Positions 35,321 through 47,933 of a stretch of DNA of 64,000 nt are shown here, piece by piece. Below the pieces are notes generated by a model. The model saw nothing but the letters and a program-made list of their open reading frames with translations, was not told where the DNA came from and ran no database searches. The DNA is from Cycas panzhihuaensis (Eukaryota > Plantae > Cycadophyta): positions 81,103,741-81,167,740 of the forward strand of contig CM041465.1 of assembly GCA_023213395.1 (NCBI GenBank). The letters are read 5' to 3'. How positions within the stretch are numbered: position 1 is the stretch's first letter; the number at the start of each line of letters is the position of its first letter. A program made the translations under genes and the position numbers.

Positions 35321-38300
35321 TGTTTCCTAGCTATCAAGAATGGGTATGGACGAGTCGACTTAGGTAGGTACATGTACGCTTCTATCCTTTACCTTGGTCA
35401 ATTCTAGAAAGGTAAGTTGAAGCATCTCTTTATTTTTATTGCATGATTGGCTAGTTTATTTGCATGACTATTATGCATTCGTTGCTTGATCATGCTGCAT
35501 GATATTGTTTCGGCCTATCACGATCTAGGGATATGGATCCCATGGAACTCCACAACCCTCCTCCATGTCTCCATATTGTCCCAAGTACTAATCAGCCCCT
35601 GTGGCCTAATAGCTATCTAATTGACACACCTCAACCTTTAGCACCTTGCCTAGGCATGGTGGGCATTTCCTTATTTGTTTACCAACTTTTTGGGAGCTTC
35701 TTATCTTTGGTACTCCACTTAGCATAGGTCTCTTTGATACTGTGACTGTCTCCTTCTACCTAGACAGAGTGTCACACCCCTTAGGCCTGAAGCATCCCCC
35801 TTTTCTTGAGATTCTCAACTTCCTTTTGTTGTTTCTTTACAGCACCATGACAAAGATCATAGTATTGCTGCAAACTTCGTGGTACCACAAAGTTTACTGT
35901 GGGGCTATTGTCTTTCTCTATTTTTTAAAATATGTTGTGGCTAATTTCATATTTATTATGAAATTACCACATGGTAGAGACATATTCCCAACCCAAGCTA
36001 AACCCTAATCACTTGATTGAGCTAGGGTTGGCTTTAAAACCCAAAAACACCCTCATTTCTTCCTCTTCCACTCTAAGAAAAAACTCTCTCTCTTACTTAT
36101 TCTTCAAAGCTTCCTGTATAAATGCCCTACAAACAACTGACACATCAAATTTCTAGCCTGAGATCAACCCCCTACGTCTCTAGATCCATAGCAGTAAGCT
36201 GGCAATAAGGTTATCCCAAGGAAGGACACCCTACAAGCTCACCACCAAGCATAGATATCCCTCTTTAGTCTAGTCTCATCTTTAGATTATAGCCTCTATA
36301 GGGTTTCACCTATAAACCCTATAGGGTTGGCCTTCTTTCCTCTTTTCTCAAGTAGATCTACCATTGATCTACCTACAATAGGTATTCCTTCCCCTCTATT
36401 TTATTTTTCTTCCTTCAAACTGTTGGAAAGTGGTTTGAATATCTTATGTAAACCCTATTTCTCCCAGCTTTCTTGCTGCACATAGGAGGTAAACCCTCCT
36501 TTACTTGACTATTTATCATTCCTTCCATATCTTCTTTGGTTTCTTCAAGGAGGCAGCGAGGAAGAGGTCACAAAGGGAGAGTGAAAGGAGCAAAGGCGAG
36601 TTCCATACCTAGCATCCCTTCTCCTCAAGAACAACCCCCTTCTCTCCCTTTCTCTTTCTTCTTCGTGCTTCCCTTGGGTTTCCAAAGGGCTTCCAGAAGA
36701 GGGATCACCACTGGTAGCAGTGTATGAAGCCTATTATTGTGCTTGCTCTCATCTTTGCAGGCCTTGCATGAGTAAGAATCATAGCCCTATATTAAAACGT
36801 ACCCATCATTTAGTGTTAGGTTAGTTAGAGGTTACAAAAGTTACACTCCACAACTTTTACAACATCGACAATATTTATAACTTTGTAGCAACCTATCACT
36901 CATATGTCAAGTTTTTGTTACACCATCCTTGCTTGCTATATTTGTGCTTGGGTAGCATGGAGAGTTGTAGTCTTGGAGGGTTAGCCATTTCGAGGCTAAC
37001 TGTCCCTATCCTACTTCTTGTCTTTTTTGCATGAAAGGAAGTTGAAAGTTGGTTTTAGATGCAAAAGTATCTTTTGGTTAATATAACTTACATTGTGTTA
37101 TTTTATATATTGCATATACATATATACCTTGTATCCTAGTAGCCCCATGGGAAGGGCAAACATTACTTCATTCCAAGTTCCCCATTCACCACATGTGGAG
37201 AAGGAGAAAGATGCTTCTACCCAGGTACATCCTTGTCTTCCTTCTTAGTATTTCACTTGAGTCTTTTGCATAGCTTTCTCTTCCTTTTTCCTTTTTGTTT
37301 TGCCCTTTCAATTTGGGGAAGGTAGGGAAGCCCTCCCTATCCTCATTTGTCGGCATCACCACATCATGATGTCCATATTTGGGAATAGTAAGAGGAAGGC
37401 AAACATGACAAAGGGGATAGTGCTCCTCCAACTGCATGATTTTCTAGGTACGCTCCTCACTCCTTTTTTGTCCTACTCCTCTTGCTTTGTTTTGTTCATC
37501 CACATTCATTACACATGAAGGAAAAGGGAAAAGAAAGAGAACTTGCATACATTATCTCCACATATTTAGTTTGCTTGCCTATTTGAAATGTTCACTAGAT
37601 AGAGGCCATACCCGTTGTGTACTTATTTGTTACACATTCTTCTTACGCTTGTATTCCTTGCATGCACCATATATCACTTATGATTACTTTGCTAGTTCCT
37701 CGCCCTTTTTGCATTTAAAAATTAAGGAGAGTGAGGACATGCATGAGTGGATAAATGAGTGTTTTATTTTCTATTTATGATTATTCCTTTCCTTCTTCCC
37801 AGAAAGAACCCCTTCTTTGTACAAGAATATAACACCATATTCACAACCTTATCATCACCTACATTGTGTAGCCACTCGTATGTGAAAGAGTTGAAACTCT
37901 CTCCACCATCATTTCATGTCCTTAAGGTCATCTTAGGCATAGTACCCTAATGACAATCCTCCTTCAAGGCTACTTCCTTTTTTGATCTTTATTATACTTA
38001 TCATAGCTAGGTAACCTTTAGGTTGGTCCCACACTTATAGATTGGTCATCTCACTATTCCGCTCTGAATGTGCATCACCCTTACTACTTTCCTGAGCCTA
38101 CTTCTTTTACACCCCATATTCTACGTGAGTAGCCATCCCTTCACTTATCTTCTCCTCCCTCCTTCGACCATCTAAGGGTGGGAGGGCCCATCTTTCGAGG
38201 TTACTCAGGAAATCGAGGATATCCCTCATCTCTTTCACCACCCAATTAAGGTAGAGTTACTTTGAAGGGAGTTTGTGTGCCATTTATGGGTCCTAAACCT

Positions 38301-38428
38301 ATGTTTTGACATATGTATGCCCTTTGTGGGTGATCTTTACTTACCAAACAGATCTTTACTTTAGGACCTCTTAGTTGATTGAGTCAATCTTAACCAAGTA
38401 TGGTTACTCCCCCAGAGGTACGATTCCA
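35321..38428 (+). repeat. 3' LTR of A
   Basis: TG...GATTCCA; repeat of 20440..23538. Confidence 0.95.
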
Positions 38429-38433
38429 CTAGA

Positions 38434-39052
38434 TAAAAGAAGACTTGTGGACAGTTACCCCATAACAAACTTCACAGTACTGCAAAGTTTGTAGCGGTAC
38501 CATAGAGTTTACAATGATGCAGATAAAACTAAGGAAAAAGAAGAAAGGGGGGAGCCTAGAGGCTCCCAAAAAGTAGGGAATCCTAGACCCTAGGAAGTAT
38601 GCTACAGTATGAAGGTGGAAATGAGGGGTCACAAAACATAGAGGGACCATAGAAAGTAGGAAACAATGGTCAAGGACTTCCAAAAAGGGAGATAAATAGC
38701 TCATGTGGGTGACAACCAGACATAGATGAGGTGCTAGGGGTTATGCCACACTAATGAAGCGATGTGCAATAGACATTGGGAGCCGAAAATAATTGGAGAT
38801 GCCATGAACACATGGCAGAGGGTTTTGGAGTGCTATGGGATATGTATCCCTAGTCGTCATAGTCTAAAAATCATTAAAAGGCAACATAAACATGTAAGTA
38901 ATGCTGGCAAATCATATAGTAAATCAATCATGATGTAATGTGCATGATGAGCCTCAATCAGCCATTTCTAAAATTGGTGAAAGGGAAGATAGAAGCATAC
39001 ATGGACTTACCTAAGTCAAGTCGCCATGTCCATTCTCGATAGCTAAGAAACA
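38434..39052 (-). repeat. 3' LTR of C, proximal part
   Basis: Aligns with 50539..51157; preceded on the minus strand by the PPT. Confidence 0.93.
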
Positions 39053-39546
39053 CTACCCCCTTGGCAGCAGAGCCTCGCTGCTTAGAAGTGTGATATGATG
39101 GCAAATGTTGGCAAAATAAATGTTATTAATATACAACAGATATAGTGGTGTCATCATCTAAGGGTGGTGCCAAGTGTCATGGTAGAATGTGTTTATAGGA
39201 AAGAGAGCAGGACAACATAGGGGATGCCTATGCATCATCTTGAAGTCTAATAAGAGAGAAGGTGGATGAGGGAGATGCCCCCATCATACATATGTAGGAT
39301 GACTGGTGGTGACAATCATGAACATGGTTGACCAAATGTTATGAATGAAAGTTATGTCTATATGAAAGTCAAAATGATGAGGAACTTCATGCCAAGGTGG
39401 TACAAAGGATAGAGTAAAGAGAACAAACCTGATAGTCACCATAGTTTATCCTCATTATCAGCTGGCATTTAGAGGTGTGAACAGATCGCAAGATGGAGGA
39501 TGGGACAAACCCAGAACTGGGGTGCTTGGGCCACCCAATAGGTTCC

Positions 39547-39945
39547 TCAAGAGGGATTGTTAAGGAGAGGGAGACGACGCTCGAGGATGAGATAGACAAG
39601 GCTGTCCACCTTAGCGTTTTGGTCTCAGGGAATGTGTTGGATGTCTATAGAAGATAAATGAGACAAGACTCTCAAGTATGGCTAATGTACCTGGTAAACT
39701 TAGGTAAGATGCAACATGACGACTTGAGAGTTGCAAAGCAGGACGATGGGACTATGATAGAAATGGAGTGCATTGGTAAGGGCTTCAATAACATATGTGT
39801 AGTTAGCTTCGTTATTGGTGGCCTCAAGGAGGAAGACTTCAGAATATATATAATCATACTTAGAGGGGTTATTGAGGACCCATGCAGTAGAAAAAGGGCT
39901 TGGATTACTACGACTTCCTCCATTGGTGAAGATAAGCAATGTCAT
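39547..39945 (-). pseudogene. Free-standing archaeal-type RNase H ORF of C
   Basis: MTLLIFTNGGSRSNPSP..ATNNEANY..EAL..LCNS..HIP*DQNAKVDSL; orthologous to 34409..34831. Confidence 0.9.
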
Positions 39946-41212
39946 AATGAGAAGATGAGAGTTTCTATCGAGCGACAAGGGAAGAATAATGACGACGGGG
40001 TCGATGAGTAAAGGGAAGGAATAGGAGGTAATGATAGGACTACAAAGCACTTGGAAGGCTATGAGTAAGGGCCATGAAGGACATGAGATTCTTGAAAAGA
40101 GGCTACCTAGTGGCAAGGAGATTGACCCGATTGAAAGGAAGGAAATGGCAGCAGAAAGAGCCCCTTTAGGGCCCCAAGGGTCACTAAAAGGATTAAGGCG
40201 AGGTCCAGAATAAGGGAGGCGCTTCCTTTGGGAGGTCAAAAGGGTTGAACTGGTAGAAACAATGGATCCAAGGTGGAAAACTAAGCCAAAGGAGTATAAA
40301 CATGAGTATGTTTTGGAGTGGTACAAAAATCAAGACAAAAGGGGTCTATGAGAGGCTAAAGGGGTTATCATAAATGTGCCAAAGAGGCTTGAAATGGGGG
40401 CCACAGAGATAGAATATGGGACAAAGCTAGAAGAAAAAGGTAATAAGGATAAGGAGATGGTCATGAGGGCTATCATAGTAAAAAGAAAAGAGGAGATGCC
40501 CCTTAGGGCCTTTGCATATATAAAGGAAGGAAGGTGAAAATGGAGTTCAATTTCATAGGCTTGTGATTGATCTAGAGCCCTTCCTCTACATGGTGCAATG
40601 TCATCCAATTTTAGAGGCATGCAGTAGGAGATCTGACTGTTGGATCAAGGAGCGGAGATAACTGACATGACCAGGATTACGAGATGGTGATGGCTAGGCC
40701 AGACCTAGTAAGTGGATCACCCCCTACCCATTCCATTTCGTTGTTTGAAATTTGATAGTTTTTAAGTTTTTTGAGCTAGTTTCTGGCCCTTAAGGGTGAT
40801 TTGGGATCCTCTAGAGCCCGATTAGGGCCCAAAGAGGGGGAGGACTAGGGCATTAAGTAGCCTCGGTCTCAGTGGGTCCAGCCTTGGCCCCCCTGGATAA
40901 AAGAATTTGGGATTTTTAGGCATCCCCTCTTATTTATGGGGGGTATCAAGGTCCCCACGATAAAGATTATAGTTACATAAGGTTTGATGTGGGGCCACTG
41001 AGAAAATGCTAAAATCTCAATGGGGACCATGTCAAACTCCAGAGTACTGTAGAGTTTAATACAGGGTAGAGGTAGAGTAGAGGAAAAAAGAAGAAAGAGA
41101 GGCCCGAGAGGATGGTTAGCTTGTCATGATATGGAGTACATTAGGACTAATTTTTTGGGTGGCTTTACAGGTAGTCATCATAGTGGACAAATGCGAGAAC
41201 ATTAGGGTAGCG

Positions 41213-43150
41213 ATGATGAGCTTTATAGAGATGATGTCATGAGGTGACAGGCAGACATTGGGACACTGCGATTTACTGAAGATCATTAGGACCCCATAGT
41301 ATGCATCTAATCAATACCTCTTAGTAGATATAGTTTTCCATTGGGACCATAGGTGGTATGTTTTCCATCTTCCCTAAGTAGGGGATATCACTATCACACC
41401 ATGAGACATCAAGAGGATCCTGGGAGTACCAGTGGGAGGAACACTAGCACCGCTGGGTACATTGCCCAACATAGATGCTACTCACATGAAGGTGGCTACA
41501 TACTTCACTAGCTAGGGCAGGAGGGATCGATGAGGGGTGTCAGTGTAGACCATGGTGATGTCACAAATTCCTTAAGTGAGGAAGCTTATCACATTAGGCA
41601 TTCTATTCTAGATTTCCTAGAAATAGAATTATAGGGACATATCAGGTGGGTGGATAGACACTATTAGGAGATGCAAGGTTAGGGAGAGACTAGACTGGGC
41701 CACCTTGATAGCGGTGAATATGATCGCACAACTAGACACTATTTAGGTGGTAGGGAGAGGAGGATTCTCATATTTCACACTATTACAGTGTTGGTTCTTC
41801 GATCATTTTGGGGTAGTAGCATCACTAGGAGGGCCTCACCCTATCTTGGCATGAGTGCCCATGGTGCACATGTGGCATACTTAGTTTAAAGGGACTGAGG
41901 ACTAGGTCAAAGTCAAGTAATTAGTGGAGCCAATGTCGTTGGACCTCCTCAGTCTAGTAGACTACATTGAGGACCTATATAGAGGAGTGCATTGGGACAA
42001 CGACGACGAGGCAAGAGGGTTAGGCGGTGGTCCTGGAGAGGGTGGAGATGACAATAGAGATGATAAGGTAGGTCCATCAAGAGCAACAAGAGAAGCGACA
42101 GGTCCTTAAAGAGTTGTAAGAGGAGCAATAGGTCCTTCGAGAGCTGTAGGAGGAGGTAAGCCACCCCACACATCAGTGCATAGATTCAAGGTGGTAGGTA
42201 GAGCTCTGGCAACAGTAGCGACAGAGGGAGGAGGATATGCCCCAACAAGCTAGGAGGTAGGTAAGGTGGTACCAAAGGCTGAGGAGGAGGTACCAGTAGT
42301 CGAGGGAGGCCCCATGGAGGAGGTGGTGATTCAAGTTAAGGAGATGGCTATCCCAAGAGGTGAGACATTACCCTTTCCTAACATTTTTTGGCTACTAGGT
42401 GCTTATATAGTTTGCATGATTTGATTTTGAGGTTTTGATATATGTATATATAAACTAACACATGGTGTATGATTTGATAGGAGTAGTAGAGATGGCAAGG
42501 TTGCTTGAGGTGGTAGTTCAGGAGATATTCTCCCAAACCTATGCAGAGGGGTAACCTCCCATCCAGGTTAGAGAGAAGCCTTGATTGGTAGGGGCATGTA
42601 CAGTGACATTTACCCCATTAATCAGAGCTAAGGATATATAGGTAGCAGAGTATTAGGCATACCAGGCGAGGGCTAGACAACTACAAGGGAAGCAGGATGG
42701 GATATATGTGGAGAGGGACTAGGCAATCATAGAGAGAGACATCTTACGAGGCTAGGTCTAAGCACTAGAGACTTAGGGAGGAGGAACAGTAGGCAGTGAT
42801 GTAGAGAGTCACATCAGGATAACTGTGCTAGAGGAGAGGCTATGAGGAGTAGAGGGAGAGAGGGATCGTATCCAAATGTGATGCGATCAACTGGTGGAGC
42901 AAATGGCTGCAAGGTCATCATGGAGTAGGACTTAAACTCACACTATAATGACGACCTTAAGGAGACCCAAGATGAGGGGAGCTAGGTAGGGAACTCACCG
43001 CGGTGATAGAGGAGCCTATGAGGCATGTCATCTCCTAGGGAGGGGTCACATTGGCTAGGAGATGATACCCCTTGAGAGCAGGGATGCTGAGGAGTGGGAT
43101 GTATGATTAGTTTTGATTGGGAAAGCATTGGACCTCTAGGGAGTCACCAT
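41213..43150 (+). pseudogene. Antisense PMD gene of C, two exons
   Basis: MMSFIEMM..LLVDIVFHWDHRWYVFHLP*VGDITITP*DIKRILGVP; LLQCWFFDHF ~41780-41810; GT-AG intron 42399..42480; coiled-coil exon 2. 3' end approximate. Confidence 0.85.
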
Positions 43151-43234
43151 ATATTGTCAAATGATTGTACTCCTCTCTACAAGGATTCCAACTTCCCTAA
43201 GATGATGTATTATATTATTTTGTATGATATGATT

Positions 43235-43375
<141 letters not shown>

Positions 43376-44099
43376 GGCCTATTAGCACCCCATTTGATCC
43401 ATGATGATGATGTTATGATGTTGTATTTGTTGTTTATTTATTTATATATTTATGTATATGTAGACATGGGTGCATAGGTGCATGAGAGGCTATGCATCAT
43501 GATGATTTTAGTTGATTATTATATGGTTTTTATTATTAGATCATTTGGGTGGTGCTTATACATCCTTTTATGCAAGACCACACTTGTAGCAGGCACACAC
43601 GACCACCATGAGTGTAGGTGATAGACACGTGTGAGGCTAGGAGATGGAGGGCCATGTATGTTTGTCAAAGAAGCATAGTAGATATGCAAAGGAAGCAAAA
43701 ACAGGGAGACAGTATGGGTACTCAAGCATGCGGTCCTAGTTGGGGTGCGTTTTCATGCTTGAGAGTGACAGAAGCAAACACATCCAATTAGAAGGAAAGG
43801 TTTCCTACAGGAAGGAAACAAAAGATGCCATAGAAGGACTTATAAAGACAAGAAAGCCATCCTAAGTTGCCACTCCACTTGTGGTTAGGAGGAATGAAGT
43901 TACACTTAGAGTGGTAGTTTAGGCTCATTTTAGAGTGAGAAAGGAGAAGTTAGTATGCTTAGTCTACTCAGGAGTATGGAAGGTCACACGAGGCATGGAG
44001 GTCAGTGATGAAGGTTAGACCCAGCGTGGCTAGGTCTATAGGTAAAACAAATATGGTCAGAGCTAGATGGATGCAATGGTCTTGACGTATGATAGATTA

Positions 44100-47000
44100 C
44101 ATAGTGAAGCTACATCTGGGTAGGACAATCTCTAGTTCTCGATAAGGAACTAGAGCATGAAGAAGAAGCACCTCTATGAGTGGCTCGTCAATATGGACAC
44201 CTACATGAAGTTGCATAGGGAGGGCAAAAAGGGGAAAGAAATGGATAGTTTGGAACCAGTGGATTGAGAGCTAATGTAGAATAAAGAGAAGATGGAATAT
44301 CTGATCAAGACATCTCCCTAGGTGTGCATGAAACTGGGGTGACACATCGAGGAGGGGGCTCATGGCCCTCGTTACCTAACTCAGAGTCACCTATGAGAGC
44401 TAGGTAACCATAGCTACCTACACTAATAGGGAAAAACCTAAGTATATTTGGATCATGATGAGGCATGGGTTCCTCTTGATGAAGGTCAGTTTCCTGAAAA
44501 AGGGTCCACCAGAAGGGATAACCTCCTCAAGATCACTATCTTCATTATCGAAGATAGTCTGGCAGGCTGCGTGAGAAGTGTGAGATAATAGAGGCTCACG
44601 TGTGACAACTTTAACTCGTCCTTCATGGACAAACTTAAGTTACCCCTAATGTGAGGAGTAGATTACTTCTATTTGGTGGACCCATGGTCAGCCCAACAGG
44701 AGGTTGTACTCTACATCAATATCAAGTACAATAACATCTACAAAAATGGTCTTCCCTCCTAAGGTGAGCGAAAGAGAGATTGTCCTCAAGGGGGACTTCT
44801 CAATTCTATCATATCCTTAGTATTTCCAAGGGATAGACTCGAGAGCTAATATGCCTAGCTCCTTAAGCATGTGCAGAGGCATAACATTAACTAAGGAACC
44901 ATTATCTACGATGGTCCTTTTTATGATAAAATTAGGGGTGTCGACAAAAATGATAAATAGGTAATGCAAAAGCTTCTCACATTTACTGGGAGGTGGGAGA
45001 TCTCAAGGATCGAATGAGATGATAGGTAGTCCATGGGAGGTGATGCCTATAGCATGGATGGAAGCATCTTATTGGCTAAGAGCTTCAAGAAGAAGAGCAC
45101 ATTACTTAGGATAGCTTCTTAAGACGTTCATCCTGGACATCCCTACACCCACAGTGTGAAGATCGTCAATGATGGATAAGGGCTTCCCCTTCACAGTAGG
45201 TTGGGGAAGCACCTTTTGAATATCGTAATGACCAGGCTATATGGGAATAGTCTTGGGAAGCAAAGGGATCTCTGGAGGAGGGATCTCCAGAGGGGGGTCA
45301 AGATAAAGAGTAGAAGAAGAATAACCCATTGCTTCTTTGGCTACTTGGGACTAGATCAAGGCATATAAGGCTATACTCTCAAGCATTTAGATAACTCTCT
45401 TTTCCTTGTTTTAAGATCGAGAAGGGAAAGGAGTTTGATGGTTATTAGGGCAACTAGAAGAAGAGGAAGAGATCCTTACACCCTTCCCTTTGACTTGTGT
45501 AAGGGGAGGGTTGGGAGATCTTCCTCTATTTTGGTTGTCTTCTTGTTAAGTGTTGTGATCATGTTCCCCATGTTTGGGGGAAGGATCATTATGGATGGGT
45601 TGGTCTAGATTGGGCCTAGATGCCTATTTAGAGGAAGAGTCACATTATAGGGCAGCCTTAGGGTGTTGGGCCCTACATTGTGAGTCTTCATGAAGGTATT
45701 CCCTATGAACAGAATACTACTTCTTCTCTAAGGAAGAATCCATCTTCCTTGTTTGAGAAGGTTAGGTATTACCATCCTTGGGAGGTGCATCTTGAGAAGT
45801 TTAGTGAACAAGTTTGTGGGAAGTCAACAATAAAGGGGCTCAGAGTTTAATCTCCTTAATCATTCGTTTGAAGGAATGTATAGTAGAAGTTAAGGGGTCT
45901 AAGGTCTTCTCCGTCGAATGAGATAAAGACCTAGGAGGTTGTCAGATTTTGGTATCGTGAGGTGGAGGAGATACCTCATGCCATTGTGAGGACTTAAGAG
46001 GCTTCTTGAGACCCACCTAGATCTCAATAGCCTCAAGAGCTAAGAACTTAGCTATGACAGAGTCGTATGTTGTTGCCCCCATCTTGAGGACTTAAACATA
46101 GACTTCAAAGTAAAGGGTATTGATAAAAAGATCTCTCTTTAACTCCTTAGGCAAGGTTTCCTTCATGGAGTGGAGAAGATTATGGAAACATCTCATAAAG
46201 TCATGATTCATCTCATCATGACCTTATCTAGGAGACAGGAGAACCTTCATTTTGCTCTCAAAGGGATGAGCTATGTCAAAATAATTGATGAATTCATCAA
46301 CGAGTTGTTGGAATGAGTGGATAGAGTATGTTGGAAGGTGATAGAACCATTTGAGGATATCACCTTGGAGAGAGCATGGAAAAAGTTTTATTAGGATATG
46401 GTTGTATGCCCAATAATCGATGCACACCATGGAAAAACTTCTAACGTGCTCTATTGGGTTTTGCGAAGAGGTCTTATCAAATTTGGGCACCTCTAGAGGG
46501 TGAGGCAGTAAGTTAGTTCTTAGTGCCTTGATGGATAGAGAGGTTGATCTATAATCTATAAAGGGGAATTCCCTTGATTAGACCATAGGATCAATAAAAG
46601 ATGGAGGAGGAGGTGGGCAAGGTTACCTGAATCCTCCTTGGGAGACTTGGTTTGGAAGGGCATACACACTTCCTCCCATTTGATAGGAGGGAACAAATCC
46701 TTCATTTGAAAGATTGAAAGAGGAATGGATGAGTATGAGGGACCCATCCACCCTTAAGGGTATGTCCCTTGTTGAAAGGGGACTTGAGTGGGGTGTCTTG
46801 GGAGGGGCCTTACCCTCCTTGCAAAGGTACCACATAAGAAGTAATGTAAGAAGATGGAATAGAAGGGTGTGGAACTAGATTTTGCTCATCTGGGATGCCT
46901 CTAGGTGGTGTGATACCATACAGATGCAAAGGATCCACTCTATAAATAGGAAGAGGATTCCCTTTACCATGCCCCCATGGTTAGGAAGTATATCCCAGGG

Positions 47001-47650
47001 GCATGTAAAGGAAAGGATCCCCAAGTTGATCTTGGGAATGCATGGGTTTGGTCCCATGTGGTTAGAAGTCGGGGGATACATGAGTCACCTAGATCTAATG
47101 GGAGGCAGGTAGACTACGATCGATTAGGGCATAGTTGTTCGGCTAGACGGAGGCATACTCAACCCATGTTGGGAAGAGGATATACCTTGGGTGGTCCCTA
47201 AGGAACATGGACCATAAGGAGAAGAAGGCATAATGAGGGATGCCCTCGTTGCAGGTAAGGGAGTCAAACGAGATGGACGAGGTAGTGTAGATGTGGAGGA
47301 AGGAAGTGCTATGCTTCATAGAATATTATCCAATTACTTAGGATGTGATTAGAGGCTAGCGGCTTGGAAGCACTAGTTAAGGGCTTCCACCACATCTGCA
47401 GGACGGGTATCCAGCTGATTGTATAAGGTTAATGGGTCCTCATATGAGGCAGACCCCATGGGGTGGTCCTCATAAGGATCACCACCAGGGTGATGATGCT
47501 CCAAGGGAGAAGATACTTACACCTCATGAGTGGAGAGGTGGTGGACTTGCGAGTGCTCTTGGTCACTCGGGTAGAAGATAGGGTCCTCACCCTCTTGGGT
47601 GGGCCCTTGGAAAGAAGTGGATGGTTGGTGGGATTTAGAGACATAGGCAT
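44100..47650 (-). pseudogene. gag-protease of C (RT, RNase H and integrase absent)
   Basis: PKFDKTSSQNPIEHV..SLQGDILKWFYHLP (46224..46490); protease IVDNGS ~44895-44912; YNLLLG ~44700. By ~43940 the sequence is already homologous to A's post-integrase 30470 region. Confidence 0.9.
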
Positions 47651-47933
47651 GATATGCCTAATCTAAAGGAAATCTTTCCATGGTCGAATAAGAATCAGAT
47701 GATGGAAGCAAATAGTAGAGAAAGTCTTTCAATGAAGGAGGGAGGCCTCGTAAACGATGAGATAGTCATCACATACAAGTCTCTCCTAAAGGTTGGAAGA
47801 AAAAGAGATGGTATGATGACAAGAATTAGGGACTATCTAATGAATCAAGGAGATCTACTGAAAGAAAGGTAGTACTAACAAATCAGGGAGAGGATAGATC
47901 CCCTTACTGGTGGGTCCCTAGTATGGTTTCCAG

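Larger units (their letters stand above)
20440..38428 (+). mobile_element. Element A: full-length degenerate Tat-type Ty3/gypsy, 18 kb
   Basis: LTRs 20440..23538 and 35321..38428; TSD CCAGA/CTAGA; the empty site is seen in the sister LTR at ~50525-50545 (taccatggctagataaaa); PBS TGGCGACC; PPT AAGGGGGTAG. Confidence 0.95.
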
